Assembly: GCA_963678315.1 (NCBI GenBank)
Contig: OY782781.1
Location: 2,784,001-2,848,000, forward strand
DNA length: 64,000 bases
From: Candidatus Cloacimonadales bacterium
GTDB taxonomy: Bacteria > Cloacimonadota > Cloacimonadia > Cloacimonadales > JAFGVF01
Direction of reading: 5' to 3'
Below are positions 10,957 to 22,009 of the stretch, piece by piece. The notes below the pieces were generated by a model. It did not search any database. It was not told the origin of the DNA and saw nothing but the letters and a program-made list of their open reading frames with translations. Numbering within the stretch: the first letter of the stretch is position 1; each line of letters starts with the position of its first letter. The position numbers were made by a program, and so were the translations under genes.

Positions 10957-13617
10957 ATGAAAAGATTTTTGATTTGTGTTTTATTTGTTTCATTAGTAGG
11001 ACTTATATTTAGTGTTAATGTTATCGATAACGACAATTTCGTAATGACAGAAGATGTGGAGATTTCCAGCAGTGGGGAAGTTACTTATTCTTATATCCAG
11101 GTGCATGATGGTCTGCAAACTTTAAATGTTAAACGTCGAGATGCAAGTGGGCAAGTAATATCGGCAACTACTTATGAATTTAATCCTCGTAAACTATATT
11201 TTATCAAAGAAAGTTTAGTTACTAGCAATGGTGGTTTTCAAATATTATTTACTGTTGAAAAAGAATATGATGATATGAAATTTCTTAAGTTTTCTGCATC
11301 TTTATATCTAGAAAGTGATATTGATTTTGATTACCGAGTAGCCGGTGTATATAAAGATACAGATAATCTTATTGGGCTTAAAGAAACTGAGGAAAACCTG
11401 TCACATGAGCTTATAATCTTTGATAATGAAACAACTATACTACCTTTCACATGTACTGAAGGTATCTACTTTTTCACCAACAATCATGGAATTAAGAGTT
11501 TCAACGATTATAAATATATCAATGGTCAGCACTCATTAATAAAATTCAATAATGAGGGTGTAGAAGTCATGACTTTGGATTATGAAGAGTATCTAAATAT
11601 TCTTGATTTCGAAGTTGAAGAAGATGGATACGATATTGTTGTTTCTAACCAAATGGGGAATGAATGGAGATTTCATGAGCTTAATAATTCCTTTGAAATT
11701 GAAAGCACAACTATAATCGATAATGATTATTATAGTAATAACTACTATAATCCGTACCCTGGAGCTTTTTTAGAAAATGGTATGTTGACTATTAGTAGCT
11801 ATAATTCTGTTCGTTATCTTAGCATTGCAACTGACACGTGGCAAGAAATTCAAACAGAAAATATATACACAAACACTTTCGAATCTTTAGGCAACAACAA
11901 TTTCATTTACACAAGTATGAATTCTGATATGGATCTTACTATCAGAATGGTTACTCCTTACGAAGATTATTTACTATTTGCTGTAGTTAATGATGACGGC
12001 TATATTTCTTATGACTATAAAATTACACTAAAAGGAGAATATGCAAGTGTTGCATTTATGTCAACTTCTTATAGTACATTTTCTTCTGACCTGGGAGCTG
12101 TAAGAATTGATTTATCTAATTATCCAACGCTTTCAGCTATACAGTATCAATTAGAAACATTTGAGCAAAAGCATATAGATGCTGGTAATCACCAGTTTGT
12201 TCAATATTATGATGATCATGAAATAATTTACTCATACACTGATAATAACACAATTAGAATTCAAAAAACTCAAATCATTAATGATGAAGTTACTGATATC
12301 GAATATGATATTTTAGATTCTCAAGAAACTGAATCCTATTATCACTTTAAAATGGGGATTATCGATGACTATGTAGTTTACTATTACTTAAAAGAATCTA
12401 CTAGTTTCCCTGAAGCCAAATTGATGTATAATTACTATGAAGATGGAATAAAACATTTTGATGAAGATCAGTTTATTGCTTCTAATGTGTCTGATTTAGA
12501 TAGCTACTTTAGTAACATTTGTATCAATAACAACCATATCAACTTTACATTTGTTGATGGCTATACATATTATGGAGATCCATATTTCTTTAATATTGAA
12601 ACAAGCATACTACACCAAGCAGAATTGCCTATAGTTCCAGGATATAGTGAGCAAATGTACCTTCTATATCAAGACAATTTTAATTTAGATTATACAAGAT
12701 TAAGATATGATAGTAACTCTGGGAACCAGGTAAAAATATTTGTTTTAAGTGATGAATTTGAATATGTCCTCTTGTTAGAGGAAGAATTAAGTTCAGATAT
12801 GATAGTTGTCATAAGAGAAGATTACCTAATTTATCAGACACCTACCAGTTTAGTAAAAAGATATGCTAATGGAGATATAACTGAAATTGAAATTCCAGAA
12901 GGACATATAGCTATAAGTTATGATTATAATGAAGATTACATTTTATACACTAATGATAATTTGATTCGTATTTATTCAATTGAAGATATGACATTGGTTC
13001 ACGAGTATTTATGTTCAGAATCTGTTGGAGAAAGAATTCAAGATGCTTATATTGGCTCAGATTCAGTTATTCAATACATTATCCAACAATATCCTACAAA
13101 TTCAGATACATATAGTTTGTCTTATAGAGCTTTCTACAATAATGAAGTTCATGAATCAATCTATTCTCATGATGGATATATTTATCCAATAAGAAATGAA
13201 ACAACACTGGGAAATCCCGACATTATCTTCAACAAATTGTTATTTGGAGAAGAATATGGCATTTCTAATCAGATTTACAGAGATACAAATTATCTATTTA
13301 CTGAAAATACAGAAGAAGAACTGCCTAGTGCTAATACTTGCGTAAAATTATTAGGAAATTATCCTAATCCATTTAATCCTGAGACAAGAATCTCTTTTAA
13401 TGTTTCTGAGCAGAATACACCTGTAGATATTTCTATATACAACATTAAGGGACAAAAAGTTAAAGATATCGTAAAAGATGTTTATTCTAGTGGAAATCAT
13501 TCTGTTGTATGGAATGGTAGCAATGAAAACAACAAGCAAGTATCGTCAGGAATATATTTCTACAAAATTAAAAGTGGAAGATATTCCAAGACAAAGAAAA
13601 TGGTTTTAATGAAATAG
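10957..13617 (+). CDS. secreted protein with C-terminal FlgD-Ig/T9SS type A-like sorting domain
   Basis: Signal peptide; acidic beta-rich body; C-terminal NYPNPFNPETRISF...IYNIKGQKV...SSGIYFYKI...KKMVLMK. Confidence 0.8.
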   Translation: MKRFLICVLFVSLVGLIFSVNVIDNDNFVMTEDVEISSSGEVTYSYIQVHDGLQTLNVKRRDASGQVISATTYEFNPRKLYFIKESLVTSNGGFQILFTVEKEYDDMKFLKFSASLYLESDIDFDYRVAGVYKDTDNLIGLKETEENLSHELIIFDNETTILPFTCTEGIYFFTNNHGIKSFNDYKYINGQHSLIKFNNEGVEVMTLDYEEYLNILDFEVEEDGYDIVVSNQMGNEWRFHELNNSFEIESTTIIDNDYYSNNYYNPYPGAFLENGMLTISSYNSVRYLSIATDTWQEIQTENIYTNTFESLGNNNFIYTSMNSDMDLTIRMVTPYEDYLLFAVVNDDGYISYDYKITLKGEYASVAFMSTSYSTFSSDLGAVRIDLSNYPTLSAIQYQLETFEQKHIDAGNHQFVQYYDDHEIIYSYTDNNTIRIQKTQIINDEVTDIEYDILDSQETESYYHFKMGIIDDYVVYYYLKESTSFPEAKLMYNYYEDGIKHFDEDQFIASNVSDLDSYFSNICINNNHINFTFVDGYTYYGDPYFFNIETSILHQAELPIVPGYSEQMYLLYQDNFNLDYTRLRYDSNSGNQVKIFVLSDEFEYVLLLEEELSSDMIVVIREDYLIYQTPTSLVKRYANGDITEIEIPEGHIAISYDYNEDYILYTNDNLIRIYSIEDMTLVHEYLCSESVGERIQDAYIGSDSVIQYIIQQYPTNSDTYSLSYRAFYNNEVHESIYSHDGYIYPIRNETTLGNPDIIFNKLLFGEEYGISNQIYRDTNYLFTENTEEELPSANTCVKLLGNYPNPFNPETRISFNVSEQNTPVDISIYNIKGQKVKDIVKDVYSSGNHSVVWNGSNENNKQVSSGIYFYKIKSGRYSKTKKMVLMK

Positions 13618-13642
13618 ATTGCTTGCACTAAGTATAAATTGA

Positions 13643-13669
13643 TTAAGGGAGCAAATACAGCTCCCTTAA
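13643..13669. terminator. hairpin after the secreted-protein gene
   Basis: TTAAGGGAGC-7nt-GCTCCCTTAA; weak U-tract. Confidence 0.5.
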
Positions 13670-13910
13670 GACTTTTGACAAAAGGCTTATGTAGAAAATT
13701 ATTACTGCTAAACATGAATATTTAGTATTTTGATATTCGACATATCTTAGTTTAACTAACCTATTGTCGATTTATTTTTGTAAAAATAAAGCAAAAACAC
13801 AGAGTCTTGATTTTGTCAAGACTCTGTCCCTTTCTTCATTATAAAAAATAGATAGACATAATAAAGCAACAATTATAATTATATCTTGAATAAGAAGATA
13901 AAGGAAAATT

Positions 13911-14639
13911 ATGAGTAAAGCATGTTTATATATAGTTGCAACCCCAATAGGTAATTGGGACGATATCACCCTTAGAGCACTAAAAGTTCTTAAAGAAGTA
14001 GATTTTGTAATCTGCGAAGAAAGAAAAGTTGGTAGTAGATTACTACGCTATTATGAAATAAAACAAGAAGTAATGCTATTGAATGAACATTCAACATCAG
14101 GTGACATGGAAGAAATATTCAATAAACTATTTCTAGAAGGAAAAACTGCAGCCTTAATATCTGATGCTGGAACTCCACTATTTGCAGACCCAGGTAACAG
14201 ACTTGTCTACAAATGTAATGACAATGGGATTCAAGTTAAACCTGTTCCTGGAGCTTCATCTTTGATGGCTATGTTAATGATTTCAGGACTTAAACTAAAT
14301 AGCTTCCAATATTGTGGATTCCTACCAGCCAATAGAGAAGAAAGGGGTAATGCTTTAAGAAGATATCAAAAACTAACAAATTTAGATCTTGTATTTCTTG
14401 AAGCACCTTACAGACTAAAACAGATTTTGCGTGATATGGAAGTAGTTCTAGGTGCTAATAGAAAGATTATGCTTGGATATAAATTAACTCAAGAGGAAGA
14501 GAAATTCTTTGAAGGAACTATTTCAGAAATGAGAATAATGACTTCAGAACTTCCCAAAGGTGAGTTTGTAGTAGTTCTACCATCTAATAAGGATTCTTTC
14601 TACAAGAGACCTAACGGTACATTTTTCAAGAAAAAATAA
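13911..14639 (+). CDS. rsmI: 16S rRNA (cytidine1402-2'-O)-methyltransferase
   Basis: LYIVATPIGN, ISDAGTP..DPG, PVPGAS motifs. Confidence 0.92.
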   Translation: MSKACLYIVATPIGNWDDITLRALKVLKEVDFVICEERKVGSRLLRYYEIKQEVMLLNEHSTSGDMEEIFNKLFLEGKTAALISDAGTPLFADPGNRLVYKCNDNGIQVKPVPGASSLMAMLMISGLKLNSFQYCGFLPANREERGNALRRYQKLTNLDLVFLEAPYRLKQILRDMEVVLGANRKIMLGYKLTQEEEKFFEGTISEMRIMTSELPKGEFVVVLPSNKDSFYKRPNGTFFKKK

Positions 14640-14641
14640 CT

Positions 14642-15394
14642 ATGACTGTTCCTTATAAGATACTGTGCAGAGGTATATTCAAAGAAAATGACATTCTTAT
14701 GAGAGATACACTAATTAGAAAGAGTTATTCTCATGAAGTAAACTTGTTGATTGAGCAATCTTGGAAAGACGTGAGCTCCAACTCTGAGGTATTTATTTTT
14801 AACGGTAAAGTTAGCTGTTTGGATTCTTGGGAGTTAGTAAAGGACACTTTAACTGTTAACTATTGTGAGAGTGATTACAAGTCCTATTATGGAACGAACA
14901 TCAAAAATATTAACAAGATATCTGATAAAAATAGCCTAGCTAATACTCTAGCTGTGTGTAGTGTTGTTGAGACTGTAGATAAAAAGATAATTGTAGGTAA
15001 GCGAGGGAAACATCTTGCAGAAGGAAGAGCTCTTTGGCATGTACCTGGGGGAACCTTAGAATACTATCCTGAAAGAATAAATCACCCTTTTGAAGTGATG
15101 AAACGAGAACTTGTTGAAGAGTTAAATTTACATGAAATACATGATATGATTTGTTTAGGTTTTGGAGAAAATCTAAGCCTAAACAAGCCAGAATTTCTTC
15201 TTTATACAAAAACTAAACTTACCTCAAAAGAGATAGAAAGAGAAATAAGTAAGGCTTCTGACTATGATGAACACTCTGAAATAAGATTTATAGATATTAA
15301 AGAGATAAATGGTTTCATACAGAAACACATTTTCACAGAAATTGGACAAGCTGTTCTTTCACTATATCTAGAACATATTGAGATAAAAGACTAA
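14642..15394 (+). CDS. NUDIX hydrolase-like protein
   Basis: PGG...MKRELVEEL Nudix-like box. Confidence 0.6.
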   Translation: MTVPYKILCRGIFKENDILMRDTLIRKSYSHEVNLLIEQSWKDVSSNSEVFIFNGKVSCLDSWELVKDTLTVNYCESDYKSYYGTNIKNINKISDKNSLANTLAVCSVVETVDKKIIVGKRGKHLAEGRALWHVPGGTLEYYPERINHPFEVMKRELVEELNLHEIHDMICLGFGENLSLNKPEFLLYTKTKLTSKEIEREISKASDYDEHSEIRFIDIKEINGFIQKHIFTEIGQAVLSLYLEHIEIKD

Positions 15395-17514
15395 TGATTA
15401 AAAATATAGAAGCTAATTTAAATTATTCATATAAGCAAATTGAGACGGTCATTAAACTAACAGAAGAGGGATATACTGTCCCTTTCATAGCACGTTACAG
15501 AAAAGAGTTAACCAATAATTTATCTGAACTAGACATTCAAGCAATCTTGCAAGAACATTCAAGACTAACAAATCTAGAAGAGAGAAAACAAGAAATACTG
15601 AGTATTCTCACTGAACGCAATATTCTAAACAAAAATATTGAACAGAACATAAAGGATTGTGATAAGTTAGTACAGTTAGAAGAACTTTATAAACCATATA
15701 AGAAGAAGCAGAAAACCAAAGCAACTATTGCAAGAGAGCAAGGTTTAGAAGAAGTTGCTGATGGAATGCTTCACTTTAGAGAAAGAAGAAAAGCTGACTT
15801 CAGTAAGTTTGTGGGTAAAAAGTTTTCATCTCAAGAGGAAGTTCTGGAAAATGCAAGTCATATACTTATTGAAGACTTTACGAACAACTTATACTTAAGA
15901 AATGCTCTAAAAGAATATTTTTCTAATAAAGGTTTCATTAATACTACATTGAATAAAGCTGAGCTAGACCCTGATAAAGTTTTCAAGAATTATTATGATT
16001 TTCACAAACCCCTTAAATATTTAGAACCATTTCAGATATTGGCAATTAATCGTGGCATTAAGCAAAAGATTCTAAAAAGCACTGTTGATATTGATATTGA
16101 TTTAGTATATAAATCTGAACGTATATTAAGAATTAGAGACAATTTAGCTTATTATCCTGAATTAGTTACTTCAGTAAGAAAAGCTTATAATAGTAACTTA
16201 AAACCTTCACTTATTAGAGAAATTTGGAATGAACTAACAGACAAAGCAGAAAAACGTGCAACAAAGGTTTTCACAAATAATCTTAGAGCTATTCTGTTAA
16301 AAAAGCCTCTCAAAACTAAGGCTGTAATTGGACTTGATCCAGGCTTTAGAACAGGCTGTAAAGTCGCTGTTGTTGATAAAGATGGTAACTACTTAGCTCA
16401 TGATGTAATTTATCCTGTTCCACCTCATAACAAGATTAATGAAGCACAAGGTAAGTTAGTTAAATTTATAGATAGATATAATGTTGATGTAATAGCTATC
16501 GGTGATGGAACTGCATCCTATGAAACTACAACTTTTGTTTCAGAGACTATATCAAAATACAAGCTGAATTGTAGATTCACTGTGATATCTGAATCAGGAG
16601 CATCTGTATATTCAGCTTCTAAAAAGGCAGTAGAAGAATTTCCTAATCTGGATTTAACTATTAGAAGTGCTATCAGTATTGCTAGAAGAGTTCAATCATT
16701 TCTTGATGAAGTAATTAAGATTCCACCTGAATCAATAGGGGTTGGCATGTATCAACATGATATTACTCCAAAACTTTTAAAAGAATCATTAGCTTTCGAA
16801 GTTAACTCAGTTGTTCATCATGTGGGAGTAGATATAAACAAGGCATCAAGTTATTTATTAGAACACATCTCAGGTATCTCTGCTTCAGTTGCAAAGAACA
16901 TAGTTGAGTATCGCCATTCTAAGAAACGCTTTTCTAACAGAAAAGAACTGATGGATGTTAAAGGCTTTGGAAAAAAAGCTTTTGAACTTGCTTCGGGTTT
17001 CTGTAGAGTTGCTGATTCTACAAACCCTTTAGATAATACTATCATTCATCCTGATAAATACCCTGTGACGAGTAAACTATTAAGAGAACTTGGTTATTCT
17101 AAGCAATTAGCTCATACCAGTTTGCAAGATATAAAGAGTTTTCTAAAGCAATTTGACATTAATAAGATTAGTTTAAAAGATATTTCAAAAAATGATATTG
17201 ACTTTATCTTATCAGCTATTTTAAATAGAGACATAGACCCTAGAGAATCACTTGCTGATGTTAGCTTGTTATCAAGTGTTCCTACAATCGAAGATTTTGT
17301 TCCAAACTCAGTTTGGGATGGAGAAGTTAAAAACGTAACTGATTTCGGTATTTTTGTTAATTTAGGAATAAAAGTTGATGGACTAATTCACGTTTCAAGG
17401 TTTCCATCAAAAAAGATCATGTTTTCTGAGTATTCACCTGGAGAAAAGGTTACTGTCATAGTAGAAGATGTTGATATAGAAAGAAAGAGAATTCAATTAA
17501 AGCTTAAAGATTAG
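15394..17514 (+). CDS. tex: Tex/YhgF S1-domain transcription accessory protein
   Basis: TVPFIARYRKE, GLDPGFRTGCK, SGASVYSAS, IGVGMYQHD and a C-terminal S1 domain. Confidence 0.9.
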   Translation: MIKNIEANLNYSYKQIETVIKLTEEGYTVPFIARYRKELTNNLSELDIQAILQEHSRLTNLEERKQEILSILTERNILNKNIEQNIKDCDKLVQLEELYKPYKKKQKTKATIAREQGLEEVADGMLHFRERRKADFSKFVGKKFSSQEEVLENASHILIEDFTNNLYLRNALKEYFSNKGFINTTLNKAELDPDKVFKNYYDFHKPLKYLEPFQILAINRGIKQKILKSTVDIDIDLVYKSERILRIRDNLAYYPELVTSVRKAYNSNLKPSLIREIWNELTDKAEKRATKVFTNNLRAILLKKPLKTKAVIGLDPGFRTGCKVAVVDKDGNYLAHDVIYPVPPHNKINEAQGKLVKFIDRYNVDVIAIGDGTASYETTTFVSETISKYKLNCRFTVISESGASVYSASKKAVEEFPNLDLTIRSAISIARRVQSFLDEVIKIPPESIGVGMYQHDITPKLLKESLAFEVNSVVHHVGVDINKASSYLLEHISGISASVAKNIVEYRHSKKRFSNRKELMDVKGFGKKAFELASGFCRVADSTNPLDNTIIHPDKYPVTSKLLRELGYSKQLAHTSLQDIKSFLKQFDINKISLKDISKNDIDFILSAILNRDIDPRESLADVSLLSSVPTIEDFVPNSVWDGEVKNVTDFGIFVNLGIKVDGLIHVSRFPSKKIMFSEYSPGEKVTVIVEDVDIERKRIQLKLKD

Positions 17515-17525
17515 TTGGAGGAAGT

Positions 17526-18242
17526 ATGGATTTTAAGAAACATTATGATATAGACGCTAGAGTGTTTGACTACTTTGGTCAAGAACAGCTGTCAGAGAAT
17601 GAACGAAGAAGGAACTACATAGTGTTCAAGAACTTTCCAGTTAAACAGGGAGAAAAGATCCTTGAAATAGGCTCTGGGAGAGGCTGGTTCTCATTGGAGA
17701 TGGCTAAACTAGGACATGATATTACAGCTGTAGATTTATCACAAGATAACCTAGATAAGATTAGTAGTCAGTCTGCAAGAGTTAGAACAGTGTACGGTTC
17801 AGCTGATGATTTACCTTTTACTGAAGAGAGATTTGATTGGATAGTAATGAATGAAGTTTTAGAGCATTTAGAAAAGCCTAAAGAAGTGCTAGAACATATC
17901 AGAAGTTTTCTAAAACCTTTAGGTAAAGTATTTATATCGGTTCCTTATGATGAAAAGATTGTTCAAGAATTATGTATTCATTGTCATCTGTTAACTCCTA
18001 GGAACGCTCATTTACATTCTTTCTCAGAAGAATCACTAACTAAATTAGCCAAAGATAGTGAATATATTGTCCTTAGAACATTCAAGTATTTAAGCAAGAT
18101 CTTTACTAGAACAGGATTAATCAAGGTCGTTAAGTTTCTACCTGATTCTTTATTTTACTTGAAAGACCAAATATCTTGTGAGCTATTTAGGAAACCTGAA
18201 TACATAACTATAATTATACAAGCTAAAAAGAAGGAGATTTAA
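17526..18242 (+). CDS. class I SAM-dependent methyltransferase
   Basis: ILEIGSGRG, FDWIVMNEVLEHL, and a CIHC...AHLH segment. Confidence 0.8.
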   Translation: MDFKKHYDIDARVFDYFGQEQLSENERRRNYIVFKNFPVKQGEKILEIGSGRGWFSLEMAKLGHDITAVDLSQDNLDKISSQSARVRTVYGSADDLPFTEERFDWIVMNEVLEHLEKPKEVLEHIRSFLKPLGKVFISVPYDEKIVQELCIHCHLLTPRNAHLHSFSEESLTKLAKDSEYIVLRTFKYLSKIFTRTGLIKVVKFLPDSLFYLKDQISCELFRKPEYITIIIQAKKKEI

Positions 18243-18245
18243 TAA

Positions 18246-18656
18246 ATGCAAGGAAATGTAATATTTTATGATGTGAGTAGTAGTTCTGGATTTATCTCTG
18301 GTGACGATGGAGTAAGATACTCTTTTGTAAGACAACAATGGCTTGGACAAGCTGAGCCATACCAACATGCAAGGGTTGATTTTAAAGCTGATGGAGATAG
18401 AGCTGAAGACATCATCTTAATGAATAATTATACTGTCAGAAGTGATACTTCAAGAGACTGGTTAACAACTCTTTTGTTATGTATTTTCTTAGGTCAATTA
18501 GGTATTCATCGCTTCTACACTAATCACATTGCAATTGGGATTCTACAATTCTTAACCTTGGGTGGTTGTGGTATATGGTGGTTAATTGACATTATACTGA
18601 TTGTAACAGATTCATACAGAGATTATGAAGGCAACCCACTTGTTAGGAAATTATAG
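18246..18656 (+). CDS. TM2-domain membrane protein with a cold-shock-like N-terminal domain
   Basis: N-terminal MQGNVIFYD...GFISGDDGVRYSF; C-terminal LCIFLGQLGIHRFY...TLGGCGIWWLID. Confidence 0.75.
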   Translation: MQGNVIFYDVSSSSGFISGDDGVRYSFVRQQWLGQAEPYQHARVDFKADGDRAEDIILMNNYTVRSDTSRDWLTTLLLCIFLGQLGIHRFYTNHIAIGILQFLTLGGCGIWWLIDIILIVTDSYRDYEGNPLVRKL

Positions 18657-18948
18657 TAAAGCTAAGCACATTATTGTGATATGTATTCTGCTAGCTATAC
18701 CAATTATATTTATAAGCCTTACAGCTAAAACAGTAGAAAATGGTCCTATAATATGTATATACAAGAATTTAACAGGTAGAGATTGTCCTGGTTGTGGATT
18801 GACTAGGGCAATTACTTCTGTTTTTCACTTACAATTTAAACAAGCCTACCAGTATAATTGGAAGATAGTTCTTGTTTTTCCTTTATTAGCTTATTTATGG
18901 ATTAAGTACTTTCTTCGTTCAATAATGATTTTAATTAGTAAGAAGTAG
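18625..18948 (+). CDS. DUF2752 family membrane protein
   Basis: CIYKNLTGRDCPGCGLTRA...AYQYN motif; start uncertain. Confidence 0.75.
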   Translation: MKATHLLGNYSKAKHIIVICILLAIPIIFISLTAKTVENGPIICIYKNLTGRDCPGCGLTRAITSVFHLQFKQAYQYNWKIVLVFPLLAYLWIKYFLRSIMILISKK

Positions 18949-18949
18949 T

Positions 18950-20893
18950 TTACCATAATCCTTTTTTAACATTAAATTTAGAAGTGTTCTCAATATTTTT
19001 ATTCTGTTTGAACTTATTAAAGATATCTATCAAATCATAGCTAGCTACATTTGGAGTACTAATATCAATTAAGAACTTTCTGTAATTAGTTAGCTTGTTT
19101 CTAAAACTAAATATACAGACTGCTTTTACTGGATATGTTTTAGTTAATCGTCCCACTCTCTTAATTATATACTGATTAGTCCTATCTTTTATGCTTCTTT
19201 CTTTAACTGGCATTCTAGAAGTAAACAGGGCTGGAGTGTAGAACATTGCTATAATTCCATCTTGTTGCTTGTAGTTATTAAAGTTTGGATAATCATTTTC
19301 ATAGGGATAGATGTAATCATTAACGCCAAACTGCTTGAGTTGTTTTATAGAAAAATCATTCATCGTATATACTTTTTCATTGGCAAGAATATTATCTGAT
19401 TTTTCAAATAATTCAAGCTGAGAGACATGAGATATAGCAAAGTTTACTAAGCCAAGTGCTTTAAGCTTATCAATTTTATCTTTAACTCCAAGCAGTTCTT
19501 TTTCCCCTATAAAATCTGCTAGTTCAATAAATAGTTTCTGTTTAAGTCTTTTTAATGTATTATCATTTAGATTTACATTATCAATCGATATTATGTAATG
19601 AACTTTCTCTTTAAATCTAGGAATTTCATTTATCTGTTGGACAGACTTTACTCGTATGTATAGAACATCACTTTTAGCACAACTAGATTTCACTGAAAGA
19701 AGTGATTTTACATCCTTGTTGGAAATATTCTTCATGTTTACTGAAGTAAACTTAATCTGTTTCTTTGCAATATCTCCACTACTAACTTTATAAACTTGTA
19801 TTCCTTGAGATCTCTTTAAGTTTCCATTAAACTTAATCTTTGCTATCTTAGATGCATTGTTTATATCTTCGTGTTGAACATCTTCAACACTATAAGTCTG
19901 AGAATCTTCTTCTCCTTGATAAATCTTTATTTTATCACCAACACTGACTTGGTTCTCTTGAATGAGAATTAGTTGATTTCCAATAACCTCACCATCTCCA
20001 AGAAATATCCCTGCAAAGGGCTTTTCAGATATTGCTTTAGATACATCTTTTCCAGCAAAATAACTTGTTTTAGTTCTTCCATAGTCATCTTTTAATCTGC
20101 TCATAGAATTTGAAATACTGCTTGTGTCATCAATTACTTGACGATAAGCTGAGACAACCTTTTGAACATACTCTGCTCTTTTCATGCGTCCTTCTATTTT
20201 TATAGAAGCAACACCAGCAGATATTAATTCAGGAATATATTCAATAAGTTGGAAATCTTTAAGACTAAAAAGGTGTTCTTTTTTTCTTTTAGTTAGGTTA
20301 AATACTCTGCGACATGGTTGTTTGCACTTACCTCTATTGGCACTCATCCCTCCTAGAAAACTAGAGAATAAACAGTTCCCTGACAAAGAGTAGCATAAAG
20401 CACCATGAACAAACACTTCAGTCTCCCCTACTTTTGATGCTTCTTTAATCTCATCCAAAGTAAGTTCTCTTGCTAGTATTGTTCTCTCTATCCCTTGTTT
20501 ATTAGCAAAATTAACACCCATTGAGTTATGGAATCCCGCTTGTGTAGATGCATGAAGAGCTGCGAACCCAAGTTTTTTAGCTAGTAAGAATAGTCCCCAA
20601 TCTTGAAATATTATAGCATCAATATTTGTATACTTTAATTTATATAGCAGCTTGATTAAGTCTGATAATTCATCATTCTTGATTAAGGTATTTAATGTAA
20701 GATATACTTTTACTTCATGCTTATGGCAATAGTCACTGATGCTCTGCAATTCTTCAATCTTAAAATTCTTAGCTCTATCTCTAGCATTGAAAGATTCAAC
20801 ACCTAGATAGACAGCATTGCAGCCTGATTCTACAGCCTCAAGCAGTGAGTATTTATCACCAGCAGGAGCCAATAACTCAATTTTCTGTTTCAT
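18950..20893 (-). CDS. U32 family protein (RlhA-like RNA hydroxylation protein)
   Basis: ELLAPAG, HASTQ, EVFVHGALCYSLSGNC, NRGKCKQPCR, KIEGRMK; long C-terminal region. Confidence 0.8.
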   Translation of the reverse strand: MKQKIELLAPAGDKYSLLEAVESGCNAVYLGVESFNARDRAKNFKIEELQSISDYCHKHEVKVYLTLNTLIKNDELSDLIKLLYKLKYTNIDAIIFQDWGLFLLAKKLGFAALHASTQAGFHNSMGVNFANKQGIERTILARELTLDEIKEASKVGETEVFVHGALCYSLSGNCLFSSFLGGMSANRGKCKQPCRRVFNLTKRKKEHLFSLKDFQLIEYIPELISAGVASIKIEGRMKRAEYVQKVVSAYRQVIDDTSSISNSMSRLKDDYGRTKTSYFAGKDVSKAISEKPFAGIFLGDGEVIGNQLILIQENQVSVGDKIKIYQGEEDSQTYSVEDVQHEDINNASKIAKIKFNGNLKRSQGIQVYKVSSGDIAKKQIKFTSVNMKNISNKDVKSLLSVKSSCAKSDVLYIRVKSVQQINEIPRFKEKVHYIISIDNVNLNDNTLKRLKQKLFIELADFIGEKELLGVKDKIDKLKALGLVNFAISHVSQLELFEKSDNILANEKVYTMNDFSIKQLKQFGVNDYIYPYENDYPNFNNYKQQDGIIAMFYTPALFTSRMPVKERSIKDRTNQYIIKRVGRLTKTYPVKAVCIFSFRNKLTNYRKFLIDISTPNVASYDLIDIFNKFKQNKNIENTSKFNVKKGLW

Positions 20894-20898
20894 AAAAT

Positions 20899-21993
20899 CT
20901 ACTTACTAATCCTTCTGTATAGTTCTTTTACTTGCTCAGCAGAAACACTTAAAGGATTTAATGCCATATTTCTGGTCGCCATGACTTTTTCAGTCATATA
21001 CTCAATCAATTCTTCATCAAGTTTTTCATTCAATACTAAATCAAACTTCTTTAACCAGGAATAAAAATCTGTTTTGGTCATGTTTAAGTAGTCAAATAAT
21101 TCATCTAGTTGACTTTTTGCGTGTGGGTAGTAAAGTTCCATTATATCCTCCATAACTATACCATTCGCCATACCGTGAGGGGTTCCGAATTCAGTAGTAA
21201 GAGGATAACCAATAGAATGTTGCAAAGTAGTACCAGTATGAGCAATAACAATACCGCCATACAATGAACCAAGCATTAGACCAGCCCTTGCCTCGTAATT
21301 ATCTGCTTGAGTCAATGCTACTTCAAGATTATCAATGATAAGTTTAACACCTTTATGAAGCATTGGAGTTACAAGCATGTTTCTATTTTTAGAATATAAA
21401 CCTTCGAGAAGATGACTTAGTGCATCTATAGCTGTATTTAAAGTAACATTTCGTGGAACTGAATAGCTGAATTCAGGATTAACTATGGATAGTTTTGGAA
21501 AAACTAAAGCAGAACCAAAACCAGCTTTCTTTTTGTTTATGGTGTCAGTTAACACGCTATATTGAGTTGCTTCGGTACCTGTCCCAGAAGTTAAAGGAAC
21601 TGCTACAAGAGGTAGAGCTGCTTTGAACTTGCTAGCATCATAAATCTCTTCTGTCTTAATTTCAGAAGCTACAATCATAGCAATAGCCTTCCCAGCATCA
21701 ATTGGAGAACCTCCACCAATACCTATGATAAAATCACAAGCAGTTTTCTTACATAATTCAACACCTTTATCAACAGAAATCAAGGAAGGATTCTCTTGTA
21801 TTTCAGCATATATTTCATACTGAATGCTTAGCTTATCTAATGAATTTTTAATAGAAGTTAACGCTCCGCTTTTCTTAGCTGAAGATCTACCAGTAACTAT
21901 CAGAGCTTTTTCACCTATGCTCTTCAAATCATTTTCGGCATCACAAACTGCATTTTTCCCAAAAAATACTTTAGTTGGTAAGTAATAATTCAT
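20899..21993 (-). CDS. iron-containing alcohol dehydrogenase
   Basis: GGGSPIDAGK, TSGTGTEAT, DALSHLLE, HSIGY...HGMAN. Confidence 0.88.
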   Translation of the reverse strand: MNYYLPTKVFFGKNAVCDAENDLKSIGEKALIVTGRSSAKKSGALTSIKNSLDKLSIQYEIYAEIQENPSLISVDKGVELCKKTACDFIIGIGGGSPIDAGKAIAMIVASEIKTEEIYDASKFKAALPLVAVPLTSGTGTEATQYSVLTDTINKKKAGFGSALVFPKLSIVNPEFSYSVPRNVTLNTAIDALSHLLEGLYSKNRNMLVTPMLHKGVKLIIDNLEVALTQADNYEARAGLMLGSLYGGIVIAHTGTTLQHSIGYPLTTEFGTPHGMANGIVMEDIMELYYPHAKSQLDELFDYLNMTKTDFYSWLKKFDLVLNEKLDEELIEYMTEKVMATRNMALNPLSVSAEQVKELYRRISK

Positions 21994-22009
21994 ATATACC
22001 TCATTTATT

